Origin: Bryobacterales bacterium
Lineage (GTDB): Bacteria; Acidobacteriota; Terriglobia; Bryobacterales; UBA6623
Assembly (NCBI GenBank): GCA_022825595.1
Contig: JAJDWM010000499.1
Span: forward strand, 1 to 35,916
Direction of reading: 5' to 3'
Length of the DNA: 35,916 nucleotides
Positions within the stretch are counted from its first letter, which is position 1, and every line of letters starts with the position of its first letter. The position numbers were made by a program, and so were the translations under genes. The notes beneath the pieces are model-generated. The model was not told the origin of the DNA, ran no database searches, and saw only the letters and a program-made list of their open reading frames with translations. This document shows, piece by piece, positions 1-8,783 of this stretch.

Positions 1-293
1 CGGATCAATGGGCCATCCCCCCAAGAAGCGGGCCATCTCATGGAGCGACTCCCGCAGCGCCCCCGCGAAGCCCACGGCAAGCGAAGTTCGCGTGTGTCCC
101 CTGTGTTGGCGGCAACCAAGCCCGGGTGCGCTGTGAAGATCACGCTGCCGCCCGATGACCACCAGCCGGGCTGAACTACGGTGAGACCTTCGACATACCC
201 GTCGCCACTCCGGAGAAGGTTCGGCGGGCGTTCTTCAGCCGCGTCGTGGTGGAGCGCCAGAGGCTTTGCGAATAGCCACTTCCGGCATTGGAG

Positions 294-668
294 TCAGCCA
301 TTGCGCTTCTTGAGAAGGGAGTCCACGGAGTACTCGCCAGATCCGTGCGCCCAAAGGTACAGGAAGACGAAGCAATACAGGGCCGCTAGCTCGCCCCTGT
401 TCAGCAGTGGCCAGAAGCCGTCGCTCGCGTGGCTGATGAAGTAGGCTGCTGCCATCAGACCTGAACACAGGAATGCGGCCCAGCGGGTCTGGAAGCCAAC
501 CAGCACCAATGCGCCGCAGACCAGCTCGATCACCGCCGCGGTGGTCGGCATCAAACCTTCCCTGGGGCCGGCTCCTCCGAAGCCGAACAGCTTCTGGTAG
601 CCGTGCGGCATGATCAGGAAGCCGGTCATGATCCGAAGCAGCGCATGGGTACAAGTTTGCCAATTCAT
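294..668 (-). CDS. DoxX family membrane protein
   Basis: ORF 294..707(-). I trimmed the start to ATG 666-668 because GGAGGAA (revcomp of 674-680) lies 5 nt upstream. The product begins MNWQTCTHALLRIMTGFLIMPHGYQKLFGFGG. It is small, has about 4 hydrophobic helices, and carries the HG-x-x-KLF pattern typical of DoxX. Confidence 0.8.
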   Translation of the reverse strand: MNWQTCTHALLRIMTGFLIMPHGYQKLFGFGGAGPREGLMPTTAAVIELVCGALVLVGFQTRWAAFLCSGLMAAAYFISHASDGFWPLLNRGELAALYCFVFLYLWAHGSGEYSVDSLLKKRNG

Positions 669-710
669 AGCGATTCCTCCATAGGTTTGCTGACCCCGTC
701 CGGACACGCC

Positions 711-1550
711 CTACAGTCCCAGCAGGCGGTCCACTCTCCCGCCCAAGTCTGCTAGGTAGGCCCGATCCCCGCCTCGCAGCTCGACGGTTGCCTCCGAAGT
801 GTACCCAACATCGAGAAGGGCGGCTCGGACGGCCGGCCAGTCGACATCGCCCTCGCCGAGGTTCACGAATCCCAGACGGCGCGAGTAGTCCTTCAGGTGG
901 ACCTTCACGATCCGGCTGCCCAACTCCCTGATCCAATGCTCGGGAACACCGTAGTGCACGATGTTACCGACATCAAAGTAGGCTTGGACCAGCGGATGGT
1001 TGAACTCGTCGATGAACTGGCGGAAGTCTCGCGCTGTGAGAAGGAATTTGTTCCAGACCTCCTCGATGGCCAGCATCACATCGTGTTGCTCGGCGAGCGG
1101 AATGAGCTTACGGATCTCTGCTACCGAGCGTTCCCAAGCCTGCTCGTACGTCGTGTCTGAACGCACGACCGCCGGCACTAGCAGCACCGCGTCTGCCCCG
1201 TACATCTGTGCTTGGCTCAGGGACGCGCGAATGCCCTGAACGCAAGCCTCAACCTCACTGGGATCCGGGGATGAGAGCGGAGTGCGCCAGTGGGTCTGGT
1301 TCATCACCGAGTGGATTCGCAGCCCTGCGGCCTGGGCCGCGTCGTGGATCTCTTGCGCCTCAGTCTCCGTCTCGACGGCCCGTACCTCCATCGACTCGAA
1401 GCCCACTTCGACCGCAAGTTTGAAGCGGTCTACAAGGCTGAGGTCCATGGGGAGCATGCTGTCGAGGATGGCCCTCTCGATCCCCTCTCCAGCTGCCCTT
1501 AGGGGAAGTGCCGAGGCCAAGGCTGCCATCAGAAGTTCGCGGCGTCGCAT
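711..1550 (-). CDS. exported sugar phosphate isomerase/epimerase (xylose isomerase-like TIM barrel)
   Basis: 279 aa ORF. The N-terminal leader MRRRELLMAALASALPLRAAG is a twin-Arg-like signal. The body (GFESMEVR, AVLLVPAV, LAIEEVWNKF, VKVHLKDY) looks like the AP-endonuclease-2/xylose-isomerase-like TIM barrel family. It lies 42 nt upstream of the DoxX gene on the same strand. Confidence 0.85.
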   Translation of the reverse strand: MRRRELLMAALASALPLRAAGEGIERAILDSMLPMDLSLVDRFKLAVEVGFESMEVRAVETETEAQEIHDAAQAAGLRIHSVMNQTHWRTPLSSPDPSEVEACVQGIRASLSQAQMYGADAVLLVPAVVRSDTTYEQAWERSVAEIRKLIPLAEQHDVMLAIEEVWNKFLLTARDFRQFIDEFNHPLVQAYFDVGNIVHYGVPEHWIRELGSRIVKVHLKDYSRRLGFVNLGEGDVDWPAVRAALLDVGYTSEATVELRGGDRAYLADLGGRVDRLLGL

Positions 1551-1671
1551 TCCTCGTAGGGTCGGGCATTGTGCCCGGACATGTCAAGCCGTCCTCGCGC
1601 GGGCCCGGCTCAGAGCCGACCCTCCTATGCTTGCGACAATAGGGTCCGGCGAGGAACAAACTGTGTCTGCG

Positions 1672-2775
1672 ATGTCTAGGCGATCTCTGGTCACAGGGGG
1701 GCTCGTGGCCGCCACCACCCTCGCGCAGGAACGGGCCGATCCGCCGAGGGTGGGACTCGTCGGTTTGGGGAATCGTAGCCGTCGGCATCTGGATGCGCTG
1801 TCAGAGGTGGGCGGTGTCCAAGTCGCAGCTCTCAGCGACATTCAGGCGGACCGCATGCGTTCGGCGGCCAACGGACCAGCCGCCGGTGCGGAACTCTACA
1901 TCGATTACCGGGAACTGATCGCGGACCGGCGTGTGGAGGCAGTAGTCGTGGCGGTTCCGAACTATCTGCACGCCGAGGTGGCGATTGCTGCCATGCGGGC
2001 GGGCAAGCATGTGCTCGTTGAGAAGCCCATCGGAATCACCTACGAGGAGGCCCGAAGAGTGGCCGAGACTGCCCGCGAGACCGGCATGGTGCTGGCGGTC
2101 GGGATGCAGCGCTACTTCAACAACCACTACCGCGCGATCATCGATGCGGTGCGTTCGGGCGTCATAGGCGCGCCGCACATGTTCGTGCTTGACGAGTATC
2201 GCGGGGACTGGAATCCGCGGACATGGCGATGGACCGACCCCGATTCCGGCCGGTCTGTGCCTTGGCGCCACCGCAGGTCCTTGGCGGGGTCCAGCCTGCT
2301 GGAGTTCTCGATCCACTCCTACGCCTTCCTGTACGAAATGATCAACTCGCCGTTGACATATTGCGCCGCCACCGGCGGGGCGGTGCAATGGCCCGAGAGG
2401 ACGACCGAGGACAATATCGCCGTCATTGCCGAGTTCGGGGACATTCGGCTCCAGCACGCCTTTTCGTGCTCAGCTCCGGGGGCACGGTGGAACCTGACCA
2501 TCACGGGTGCCTCGGGTTCGCTGCAGTACGACTTCCGCGGCAAGGCCACCGTTCGCGTGCCGGGCGCTGCCGAAACAAACCTTCTCTCGGAGCCGACTCC
2601 GGCAGGGCAGGGAAGTCTGGAGGCACAGATGTACCAAGACTTCTTCCGTGCCGTACGGGAGCGGGACGAACCCTTGCTGAACGCGGAATTCTCGATCGAG
2701 GCCAGTAAGATCGCCTATGGCGCTTGGTTGAGCATCGACGAGCGGCGAATCGTCACCGACCGGGACTTCCTGTGA
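1672..2775 (+). CDS. Tat-exported Gfo/Idh/MocA family oxidoreductase
   Basis: The long ORF 1282..2775 overlaps the divergent TIM-barrel gene, so its 5' part is unlikely to be coding. Family similarity begins at ATG 1672. MSRRSLVTGGLVAATTLAQE is a twin-arginine leader, followed by the Rossmann stretch VGLVGLGNRSRRHL and the VLVEKPIG (EKP) motif. Confidence 0.85.
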   Translation: MSRRSLVTGGLVAATTLAQERADPPRVGLVGLGNRSRRHLDALSEVGGVQVAALSDIQADRMRSAANGPAAGAELYIDYRELIADRRVEAVVVAVPNYLHAEVAIAAMRAGKHVLVEKPIGITYEEARRVAETARETGMVLAVGMQRYFNNHYRAIIDAVRSGVIGAPHMFVLDEYRGDWNPRTWRWTDPDSGRSVPWRHRRSLAGSSLLEFSIHSYAFLYEMINSPLTYCAATGGAVQWPERTTEDNIAVIAEFGDIRLQHAFSCSAPGARWNLTITGASGSLQYDFRGKATVRVPGAAETNLLSEPTPAGQGSLEAQMYQDFFRAVRERDEPLLNAEFSIEASKIAYGAWLSIDERRIVTDRDFL

Positions 2776-2787
2776 CGGGCGGCCCGG

Positions 2788-4113
2788 TCACGGGCTGACG
2801 CCGACGCTCCACGCCGCCAGTTCTCCCGCCAGTTCCCCCAGCACTGCCGGAAATCTCTCGCCCACATTTCGCGTCTCCCCGAGGTCGGCGCTGAGATCGT
2901 AGAGTTCTGGCTGTTGCCCGGCGTGTCTCACGAGCTTCCAAGGGCCACGCCGTGCGGCAGACGAGGAGCGCATGCGCCAGAAGAGTGTGCGCGGAGCGAG
3001 GGGTTGCCGCAAGAACAGAGCTGGTGACAGGTCCGTCCCATCGAGGTGGGCACTGGACTCGATTCCCGCGAGTGCCGCGAAGGTTGGGTAAATGTCGAAA
3101 GTTGCTGCCAGCTGATCTGTGACGCCAGGCTCGATCCTGCCCGGCCACCTCGCTATTGCTGGCACGCGGTGCCCGCCCTCGTACATGTCGGTCTTCTGGC
3201 CGCGCAGCGGTCCGTTCTCCGAGATACTGTGGTAGCCGCCCTGATAGGTTCGATACCCCCCGTTGTCGGAAGTGAAGAGCACCAGCGTCTGGTCCGAGAG
3301 CCCGTTTGAATCGATGGCCGAGAGGATTTCTCCGACGCTGCCGTCCACAGATTCGACCATGCTGTTCACGTAGCCCGAGACGTCGAGCCCTGCGAGCTGC
3401 CCGAGCTTGGACAGATCATGGTAGTCGCCGCCCTCGACGCGGTACGCGGGATCCTCCGGGCCCTGCCACGGGAAGTGGATTGCCAGATGGGCAACGTAAA
3501 GGAAGAACGGCTCTTGCCGATTGGCCTCGATGAAGTCCACGCTGTGCGCTGTGATCAGATCAACGCTATAGCCGGATTCCATCTCAATCTCGGAATTGTG
3601 CCACCAATCCCGGCGCCCGGAACGGTCGATGTGCGAGTGATGGTCGCCATCTCCGCTGCCGAGCCCCCGAAATTCTGAAAATCCCTGGTCCGGTGGCATG
3701 TACGGAGGGTGATAACCGAGGTGCCACTTGCCGAACATGCCCGTGGCATAGCCTGCCTCGCCGAGCGCTTCCGCGATGGTGCGGGCCGAGTGGGGCAGGC
3801 CAATGTCGTAGTCATCGACACCCGAAAGCGCGCTCTCGAATTGCTCGCCGAACCTCTGTGGATAGCGCCCCGTCAGCAGTGCCGCGCGGGTCGGTGTGCA
3901 CATGGGGCCGTTGGAGTGGAAGTCCGTGAAGCGCAATCCCTCGGCCGCCATGCGGTCCAGGTGCGGCGTCCGATTCCGATTGCTGCCGTAGGCCGCGATG
4001 TCCGCGTATCCGAGGTCATCGGCGAGGATCACGACAAAGTTAGGAAGGCGGGCGTTGTCGGTGGCGCACGCAGTCGAGAGGGAAGCCAAGGCCAAGACAC
4101 AGCAGAAGCGCAT
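2788..4113 (-). CDS. formylglycine-type sulfatase (arylsulfatase family)
   Basis: ORF 2788..4299(-). I set the start to ATG 4111-4113, which gives the signal peptide MRFCCVLALASLSTACA. NFVVILADDLGYADI is the metal site. CTPTRAALLTGR is the canonical C-x-P-x-R formylglycine motif. Confidence 0.9.
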   Translation of the reverse strand: MRFCCVLALASLSTACATDNARLPNFVVILADDLGYADIAAYGSNRNRTPHLDRMAAEGLRFTDFHSNGPMCTPTRAALLTGRYPQRFGEQFESALSGVDDYDIGLPHSARTIAEALGEAGYATGMFGKWHLGYHPPYMPPDQGFSEFRGLGSGDGDHHSHIDRSGRRDWWHNSEIEMESGYSVDLITAHSVDFIEANRQEPFFLYVAHLAIHFPWQGPEDPAYRVEGGDYHDLSKLGQLAGLDVSGYVNSMVESVDGSVGEILSAIDSNGLSDQTLVLFTSDNGGYRTYQGGYHSISENGPLRGQKTDMYEGGHRVPAIARWPGRIEPGVTDQLAATFDIYPTFAALAGIESSAHLDGTDLSPALFLRQPLAPRTLFWRMRSSSAARRGPWKLVRHAGQQPELYDLSADLGETRNVGERFPAVLGELAGELAAWSVGVSP

Positions 4114-4256
4114 GCTGGGCAGTGTATACGGTGCCGGCCCGCTCGTGCCTCCGGGCGACAGGTCGCTTCCAGAGCGGCGGAACTGAGAGGGAAGAGGCGA
4201 TCCTCGCGATTCTGTATACTCTCGCAGTATTCTCGCAAGCGAGACATCCGGCTGGG

Positions 4257-5657
4257 ATGAAGACCCAAGAACAGACTGCGAAGGGCCTGCCTGAGGCATT
4301 CGCAGAAGACCGCCTTTACCGTATCGCCCGCACGATCGGGGATTTTATCCCCGACGCCATGACCATGGCCATCATCCTGATGGTCCTGCTGGCCGGCGCG
4401 GCGCTGTTGATGGGAAACACCGTCCTCGAAGTGATGGATGCCTACTACGTCGGGCTGTGGATGCTGCTGCCCTTCACGATGCAGATGACCCTGATCCTCG
4501 TGCTTGGGTCAGCGCTAGCGTCGACGCGGTTCTTCGGGCGCATGATCCATGTGCTGTCTCGGCTGCCCCGAAGCGAGGGCCAGACGATCGCCCTGTCGAT
4601 GGCGACAACCTGCTGCCTGGCGTACTGCTTTTGGGGCCTGAGCCTCGCCCTGGCCCCGCTGGTTGCAGTCAGCTATGCCCGCCAGTCCGAGCGCAAGGGC
4701 TTCCCAGTCGATTTCCCGTTCCTGCTGTCGTGCAACGCCGCCGCAGGGGCGATCTGGCAGTTCGGTTTCTCGGCGAGCGCTCCCTTGCTCATGAACACGC
4801 CCGGACATTTCTTGGAGGAAGAAACTGGGCTGATGCCGCTGTCCACGACGATCTGGGCACCCGCCACGATCGTCTTCTTGGGGATCTACCTCACGAGTGT
4901 GTTCATCCTTGCCAGACTGCTGATGCCCAAGACCGCCCGCCCGATATCCTTGTTTCCCGAGTCTAGGAAGTTAGCGGACGCTACGCTCGACGCGGCTGCC
5001 AAGCCGTCGGCCGTCCCTGTTCGGTCTGACCGGTTTGCCGAGCGACTGGAGGCCAGCAAGTGGCCCTGCGCCGTGCTGACCGCCAGCCTCATCGGCTGGC
5101 TCGCCTACCACTTCGGCGTAAAGGGAGGGGGACTGCAGCTCAATTCCCTGATCACCATCCTGCTGACGCTCGGGTTGCTCCTCCACGGGAGCGTGCTCAG
5201 TTTCACGCGGGCACTTCCCAGAGCGGTGGTCACCGCCTGGCCCGTCATTGTCCTCTACCACCTGTACGCGGGCGTTGCGGGCCTCCTTCAGCACACCTCG
5301 ATCGGGTCTGACTTCGCCGAGTACTTCGCGTCGATCTCCACTGAGCACACCTTCCCGTTGTTCACACTCCTAGCCGCCGCCGTCGTCTCCGTCTTCGTGC
5401 CGTCCAGCGGCGGGCAGTGGGTGATTCAGGGCTTCATCACGACCAAGGCCTCCGTGGCTGTGGGAGTCACTGCCCAGCGGGGGCTGCTTGCGCTCAGCGT
5501 CGGCGACCATGTCGGCAATTTGGTCTCGCCCTTCTGGGCGGTGATCGCCGCCGGCATTGCCCGCATGGACTTCCGCACCTACATCGGATACAACTACATC
5601 TGGGTCCTCTTCTGGGTTGGCCTCGGAGCATTGTGTTTCACGTACCTGCCGGCCTGA
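4257..5657 (+). CDS. AtoE-type short-chain fatty acid transporter family permease
   Basis: ORF 4122..5657, with ATG 4257 chosen as start (MKTQEQ...). The protein is polytopic. TMQMTLILVLGSALAST and VPSSGGQWVIQGF align with my recollection of E. coli AtoE (GMQMALIIVTGHALASS and VPSGGGHWVIQGP). It is divergent from the sulfatase gene across a 143 bp spacer. Confidence 0.8.
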   Translation: MKTQEQTAKGLPEAFAEDRLYRIARTIGDFIPDAMTMAIILMVLLAGAALLMGNTVLEVMDAYYVGLWMLLPFTMQMTLILVLGSALASTRFFGRMIHVLSRLPRSEGQTIALSMATTCCLAYCFWGLSLALAPLVAVSYARQSERKGFPVDFPFLLSCNAAAGAIWQFGFSASAPLLMNTPGHFLEEETGLMPLSTTIWAPATIVFLGIYLTSVFILARLLMPKTARPISLFPESRKLADATLDAAAKPSAVPVRSDRFAERLEASKWPCAVLTASLIGWLAYHFGVKGGGLQLNSLITILLTLGLLLHGSVLSFTRALPRAVVTAWPVIVLYHLYAGVAGLLQHTSIGSDFAEYFASISTEHTFPLFTLLAAAVVSVFVPSSGGQWVIQGFITTKASVAVGVTAQRGLLALSVGDHVGNLVSPFWAVIAAGIARMDFRTYIGYNYIWVLFWVGLGALCFTYLPA

Positions 5658-6085
5658 GGCTTCCCATGCACCCGAGCTGGAAGCCGGGGCTCGCTGCACA
5701 GGCGCTCTCACGCGAGTGGAAAGGCGGCGGGATCCGTTCCTAGCCCGTCTCGTTATGAGACTCCGGCCAGCCCACGTCTGCCGGAGTTGGCTGGTGTTCT
5801 CCCGCGAAGTCTGAGCCTGCTTCCACTGGCGGCCGGACTGCTCGTCCGGGGGCTGGCGGACGACGGAACAGGGAAGGGTACTGAAGGCCGTCACCGGGTC
5901 TGCACTTCGCGGGGCGGGCAGACGTCCGTCCCGAGCCCGATCGGCCGGGAATGTTGACGGGCTTCAAGGGGTCGTGGATCGATCCACCGGAAGCCCGCGC
6001 GAGCCGGGCTCACAGCCTTGGATGGGCGTTGGATGGGGGCACGACCGCTAAAGTGGCGGAATTCACCCTCACAGTCGGCCGAATC

Positions 6086-6113
6086 TTGTGCAAACGCATA
6101 AATATGCCATAAT
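6086..6113 (+). promoter_or_regulatory. candidate sigma70-type promoter with embedded palindromic operator upstream of vapB
   Basis: An AT-rich patch in an otherwise GC-rich spacer reads TTGTGC (6086-6091), 16 nt, CATAAT (6108-6113). The 12-bp palindrome GCATAaaTATGC (6096-6107) lies between the two hexamers. The -10 element ends only 6 nt before the vapB ATG (6120), which implies a leaderless or near-leaderless mRNA. This is a pattern match only. Confidence 0.3.
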
Positions 6114-6119
6114 GGTGCT

Positions 6120-6389
6120 ATGAGGACCACTCTTGACTTGCCAGAGGAGCTCATGCTTGCGGTCAGGGTCCGCGCGGCCGAGAAGAACCGGAAACTCAAG
6201 GACGTGGTCGCCGAACTGCTTTGGCTGGGCCTAGCCTCGGCATCGGCGGCTAGGCCGGCCGTCCGCAACCGGGTTCGATTGCCGCTGGTGGAATGCGCGC
6301 AACCTGCCGTGCCCGGTCAGGAACTCACCCCGGATCGCGTTGCGACCGTCTTGGCGGATCGGGAGGCATCGGACCTTGCTGCTATGTGA
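6120..6389 (+). CDS. vapB: type II antitoxin, VapB-like
   Basis: 89 aa. The N-terminus MRTTLDLPEELMLAVRVRAAEKNRKLKDVVAELL matches the MRTT(L/I)DLDD-type VapB antitoxin pattern. The gene overlaps the downstream PIN gene. Confidence 0.75.
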   Translation: MRTTLDLPEELMLAVRVRAAEKNRKLKDVVAELLWLGLASASAARPAVRNRVRLPLVECAQPAVPGQELTPDRVATVLADREASDLAAM

Positions 6390-6825
6390 TTCCAACGTCT
6401 GGCTCGCTATGGTTCTGTCAGGCCACCAAAGCCACAGCGCGGCCGCGGAGTGGCTTGACACTGTCGACTCGCCGAATGCGGTCTGCTTCTGCAGGTCAAC
6501 CCAGCGGTCCCTGCTTCGGCTGCTCACCACCGCGGCGGTCATGGGCCGATTCGGCAGCCCGCCCCTCACGGGCGCGCAGGCGTGGCAAGTCTACGCGCAC
6601 CTCCTCACCGATGACCGAATCGCCCTGCAGGCCGAGGAGCCGCCCCGGCTGGAGGCTCGCTGGAAGGCGCTCACAGCGAACGACACAGCTTCGCCCAAAG
6701 CCTTGATGGATGCCTACCTCGCTGCCTTCGCACTTGCGGGAGGCCACACTCTCGTGACGACAGACAAGGCCTTCCGGGCGTTCGCGGGGCTGGATTTCGT
6801 CTTGATCGGGCGAGAGGGAAGTTGA
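6376..6825 (+). CDS. vapC: PIN-domain ribonuclease toxin VapC
   Basis: ORF 6340..6825. The preferred start is TTG 6376, 9 nt after GGGAGG (6361-6366), which gives (M)LLCDSNVWLAMV with the first PIN acidic residue. The C-terminal LVTTDKAFRAF is typical of PIN toxins. This start overlaps the vapB 3' end by 14 nt. ATG 6340 is an alternative start. Confidence 0.8.
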   Translation: MLLCDSNVWLAMVLSGHQSHSAAAEWLDTVDSPNAVCFCRSTQRSLLRLLTTAAVMGRFGSPPLTGAQAWQVYAHLLTDDRIALQAEEPPRLEARWKALTANDTASPKALMDAYLAAFALAGGHTLVTTDKAFRAFAGLDFVLIGREGS

Positions 6826-7147
6826 CGAGCACCTGAGAAAGAGCCAGCTAGCTGTCTGGAAGAGATCTCCGATCTGCGTCGGCGACAGTCGTACGACGCC
6901 TCGGTTAGTTCGCAGTGCGCCCGGCGGCGCGCAACTGGCCCAGCTGGCTTTGGAGCCTTATCGCACTGCCGGTGGACCATGCCTGCGCAACGTCGCACAG
7001 TTACGAGGTGGCTTGGGAGCTCGGCACGCCGAGGTAGCCGTGTCCGGTCACATGACTTAGGGCTCGCCGACGTGTCCGAGGACGCGTCGCCGAGGTTATC
7101 GTCTCCCGTCGGGCGATGGTCAGGGCCTGTGGTAGCCTTGCCAACAT

Positions 7148-8740
7148 ATGGGAGCTGAGAAGAAGGGCCAGATCTCGCGGAGAGGCTTTCTCGCAGGCTC
7201 GTCGTCGGCCGCTGCGGCGGGCACAGCGGCTGGATTGGGGGGCTGCTCGGCGGCGGTTACACCAGCCGTTTCGGGCGGCATTTGGGAACGTCCCCCCAAC
7301 CAGCGGGACAAGGGCAATCGGCTGAACCTGATCTTCCTCAACACAGACACCTTCCGGGCCGACAATCTTCAGGCCTACGGCGGCAACGGACTCGTCCGCT
7401 GTCCACGTCTCGACACTTTCTCAGAAGATTGCGTCATCTTTGAGGACTGCTATCCCGAAGGCATGCCGACCATTCCTATCCGGCGTGTGCTCATGACCGG
7501 TCGGAGGATCGTGCCCTATCACTACTTCCACCAGCACGAGCCCGTGCAGACGCCAGGCTGGCACGAGCTCTACTACGAAGACCAGACCGTGTCCGAGACC
7601 CTCCTGGAGGCTGGCTACCAGACCGCTCTGTTCGCAGACATCCCGCACCTTCAGAGGCCCGGCAAGAACTTTCACCGCGGGTACAACTACTACGAATGGT
7701 CGCGCGGCCATGAGGTCGACTACTACGAGCAGGCCCCCGCAACGATCAGCGACGACGACATAGTGCCGATGCACTATCCCCGGGACTACTGGGCCCGCTG
7801 GTGCGAAATGGACCCCGGCCGCCCCGACTTCATGAGGCAGTTCTTGGCCAACCGTTCGCGGTACGAGAGCGAGTGCGAGGCAGTCATCGAGGTGACCGCG
7901 AAGAACGTGATCAACTGGCTGCGCCGCAACCACGACAAGACTCCGTTCTTCCTGCACTTGGAGGCGTTCGATCCCCATGAGCCATGGGATCCCCCGAAGC
8001 GTTTCCTTGACGAGTACATGCCGAATGCCAGCGGTCCGACTTGGTGGGAGCCGCCCTACTCGGATATCGAAGTGCCGCAGTCGGGCATCGACCGGCTGCG
8101 CGCGAACTACGCCGGCGAGTCCATGTGCGTCGACTATTGGATCGGCGAGATCCTCGCGGCAATCGAGGAGCTTGGCCTGTACGACAACTCCGTCGTGGCG
8201 TTCTTCTCCGACCACGGGTCTCTTCTCGGCGAACAGGGGGAGTTTCTCAAAGGAAACCGCCGGATCCGCCGGCAGGTGACCCACAACCCCTTCCTCGTGA
8301 GGCTACCCGGAAAAGAGAAGGCCGGAACGCGAGCTTCGGGCTTCATTCATCACCCCGACGTCATGCCGACTCTGTTCAGCCTTCTCGAGTTGGACCCGCC
8401 GCCGCGGGCGACCGGCAAGAATCTCTGGGGACTTGCGAGCGGCGAACCGAGCCCGCACGACGGCCTCGTACAAGCCTACGGCTGGATCGGCGCCATCCGC
8501 ACCAAGGAGTGGCAGTTCTCGAAAGTGATCGATCGGGGGCGCCTCGGATTCGACTACGATCCCCAGCTTTACAACCGGGCCGACGATCCGGACGAACTCG
8601 ACAACGTAGCGGCGGACCACCCGGATGTGGTGGCGGAACTGGGAGGGCAGATTGACGCGTACCTAGAGTCCGGCGCCGATCTGACAACGGGGCACTTCCA
8701 CGCTCGCGAGGACTCTAGGCCTGCCCCGGCAATGTCATGA
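7148..8740 (+). CDS. Tat-exported sulfatase-like lipoprotein (alkaline phosphatase superfamily) with Thr in place of the FGly Cys/Ser
   Basis: 530 aa. ISRRGFLAGSSSAAAAGTAAGLGGC is a twin-arginine leader plus an LGGC lipobox. It has sulfatase-fold landmarks (NLIFLNTDTF, FFSDHGS), but the FGly motif position reads T-I-P-I-R-R-V-L-M-T-G-R (7469-7483) instead of C/S-x-P-x-R. Confidence 0.85.
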   Translation: MGAEKKGQISRRGFLAGSSSAAAAGTAAGLGGCSAAVTPAVSGGIWERPPNQRDKGNRLNLIFLNTDTFRADNLQAYGGNGLVRCPRLDTFSEDCVIFEDCYPEGMPTIPIRRVLMTGRRIVPYHYFHQHEPVQTPGWHELYYEDQTVSETLLEAGYQTALFADIPHLQRPGKNFHRGYNYYEWSRGHEVDYYEQAPATISDDDIVPMHYPRDYWARWCEMDPGRPDFMRQFLANRSRYESECEAVIEVTAKNVINWLRRNHDKTPFFLHLEAFDPHEPWDPPKRFLDEYMPNASGPTWWEPPYSDIEVPQSGIDRLRANYAGESMCVDYWIGEILAAIEELGLYDNSVVAFFSDHGSLLGEQGEFLKGNRRIRRQVTHNPFLVRLPGKEKAGTRASGFIHHPDVMPTLFSLLELDPPPRATGKNLWGLASGEPSPHDGLVQAYGWIGAIRTKEWQFSKVIDRGRLGFDYDPQLYNRADDPDELDNVAADHPDVVAELGGQIDAYLESGADLTTGHFHAREDSRPAPAMS

Positions 8741-8783
8741 CAGCGTGCGGTCGGTGGACAGCAGTAAGAATGGAGGCCACAGA

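Noticed and set aside
1-174. A frame open from the window edge to TGA 172-174 (plus strand, ...VLAATKPGCAVKITLPPDDHQPG*), which could be the 3' end of an upstream gene.
   Set aside because: It has no recognisable motif, an Arg/Pro-rich composition and only 57 codons. That is too little to distinguish it from a chance open frame in high-GC DNA.
4114-4299. N-terminal extensions of both FGly sulfatases: 2788..4299, and 22886..24712 whose listed start is a TTG.
   Set aside because: The extensions precede perfectly good signal peptides that begin at internal start codons (ATG 4113, GTG 24601), and they are Pro/Arg/Ser-rich. The 4299 extension would also overlap the divergent AtoE-like gene's start region.
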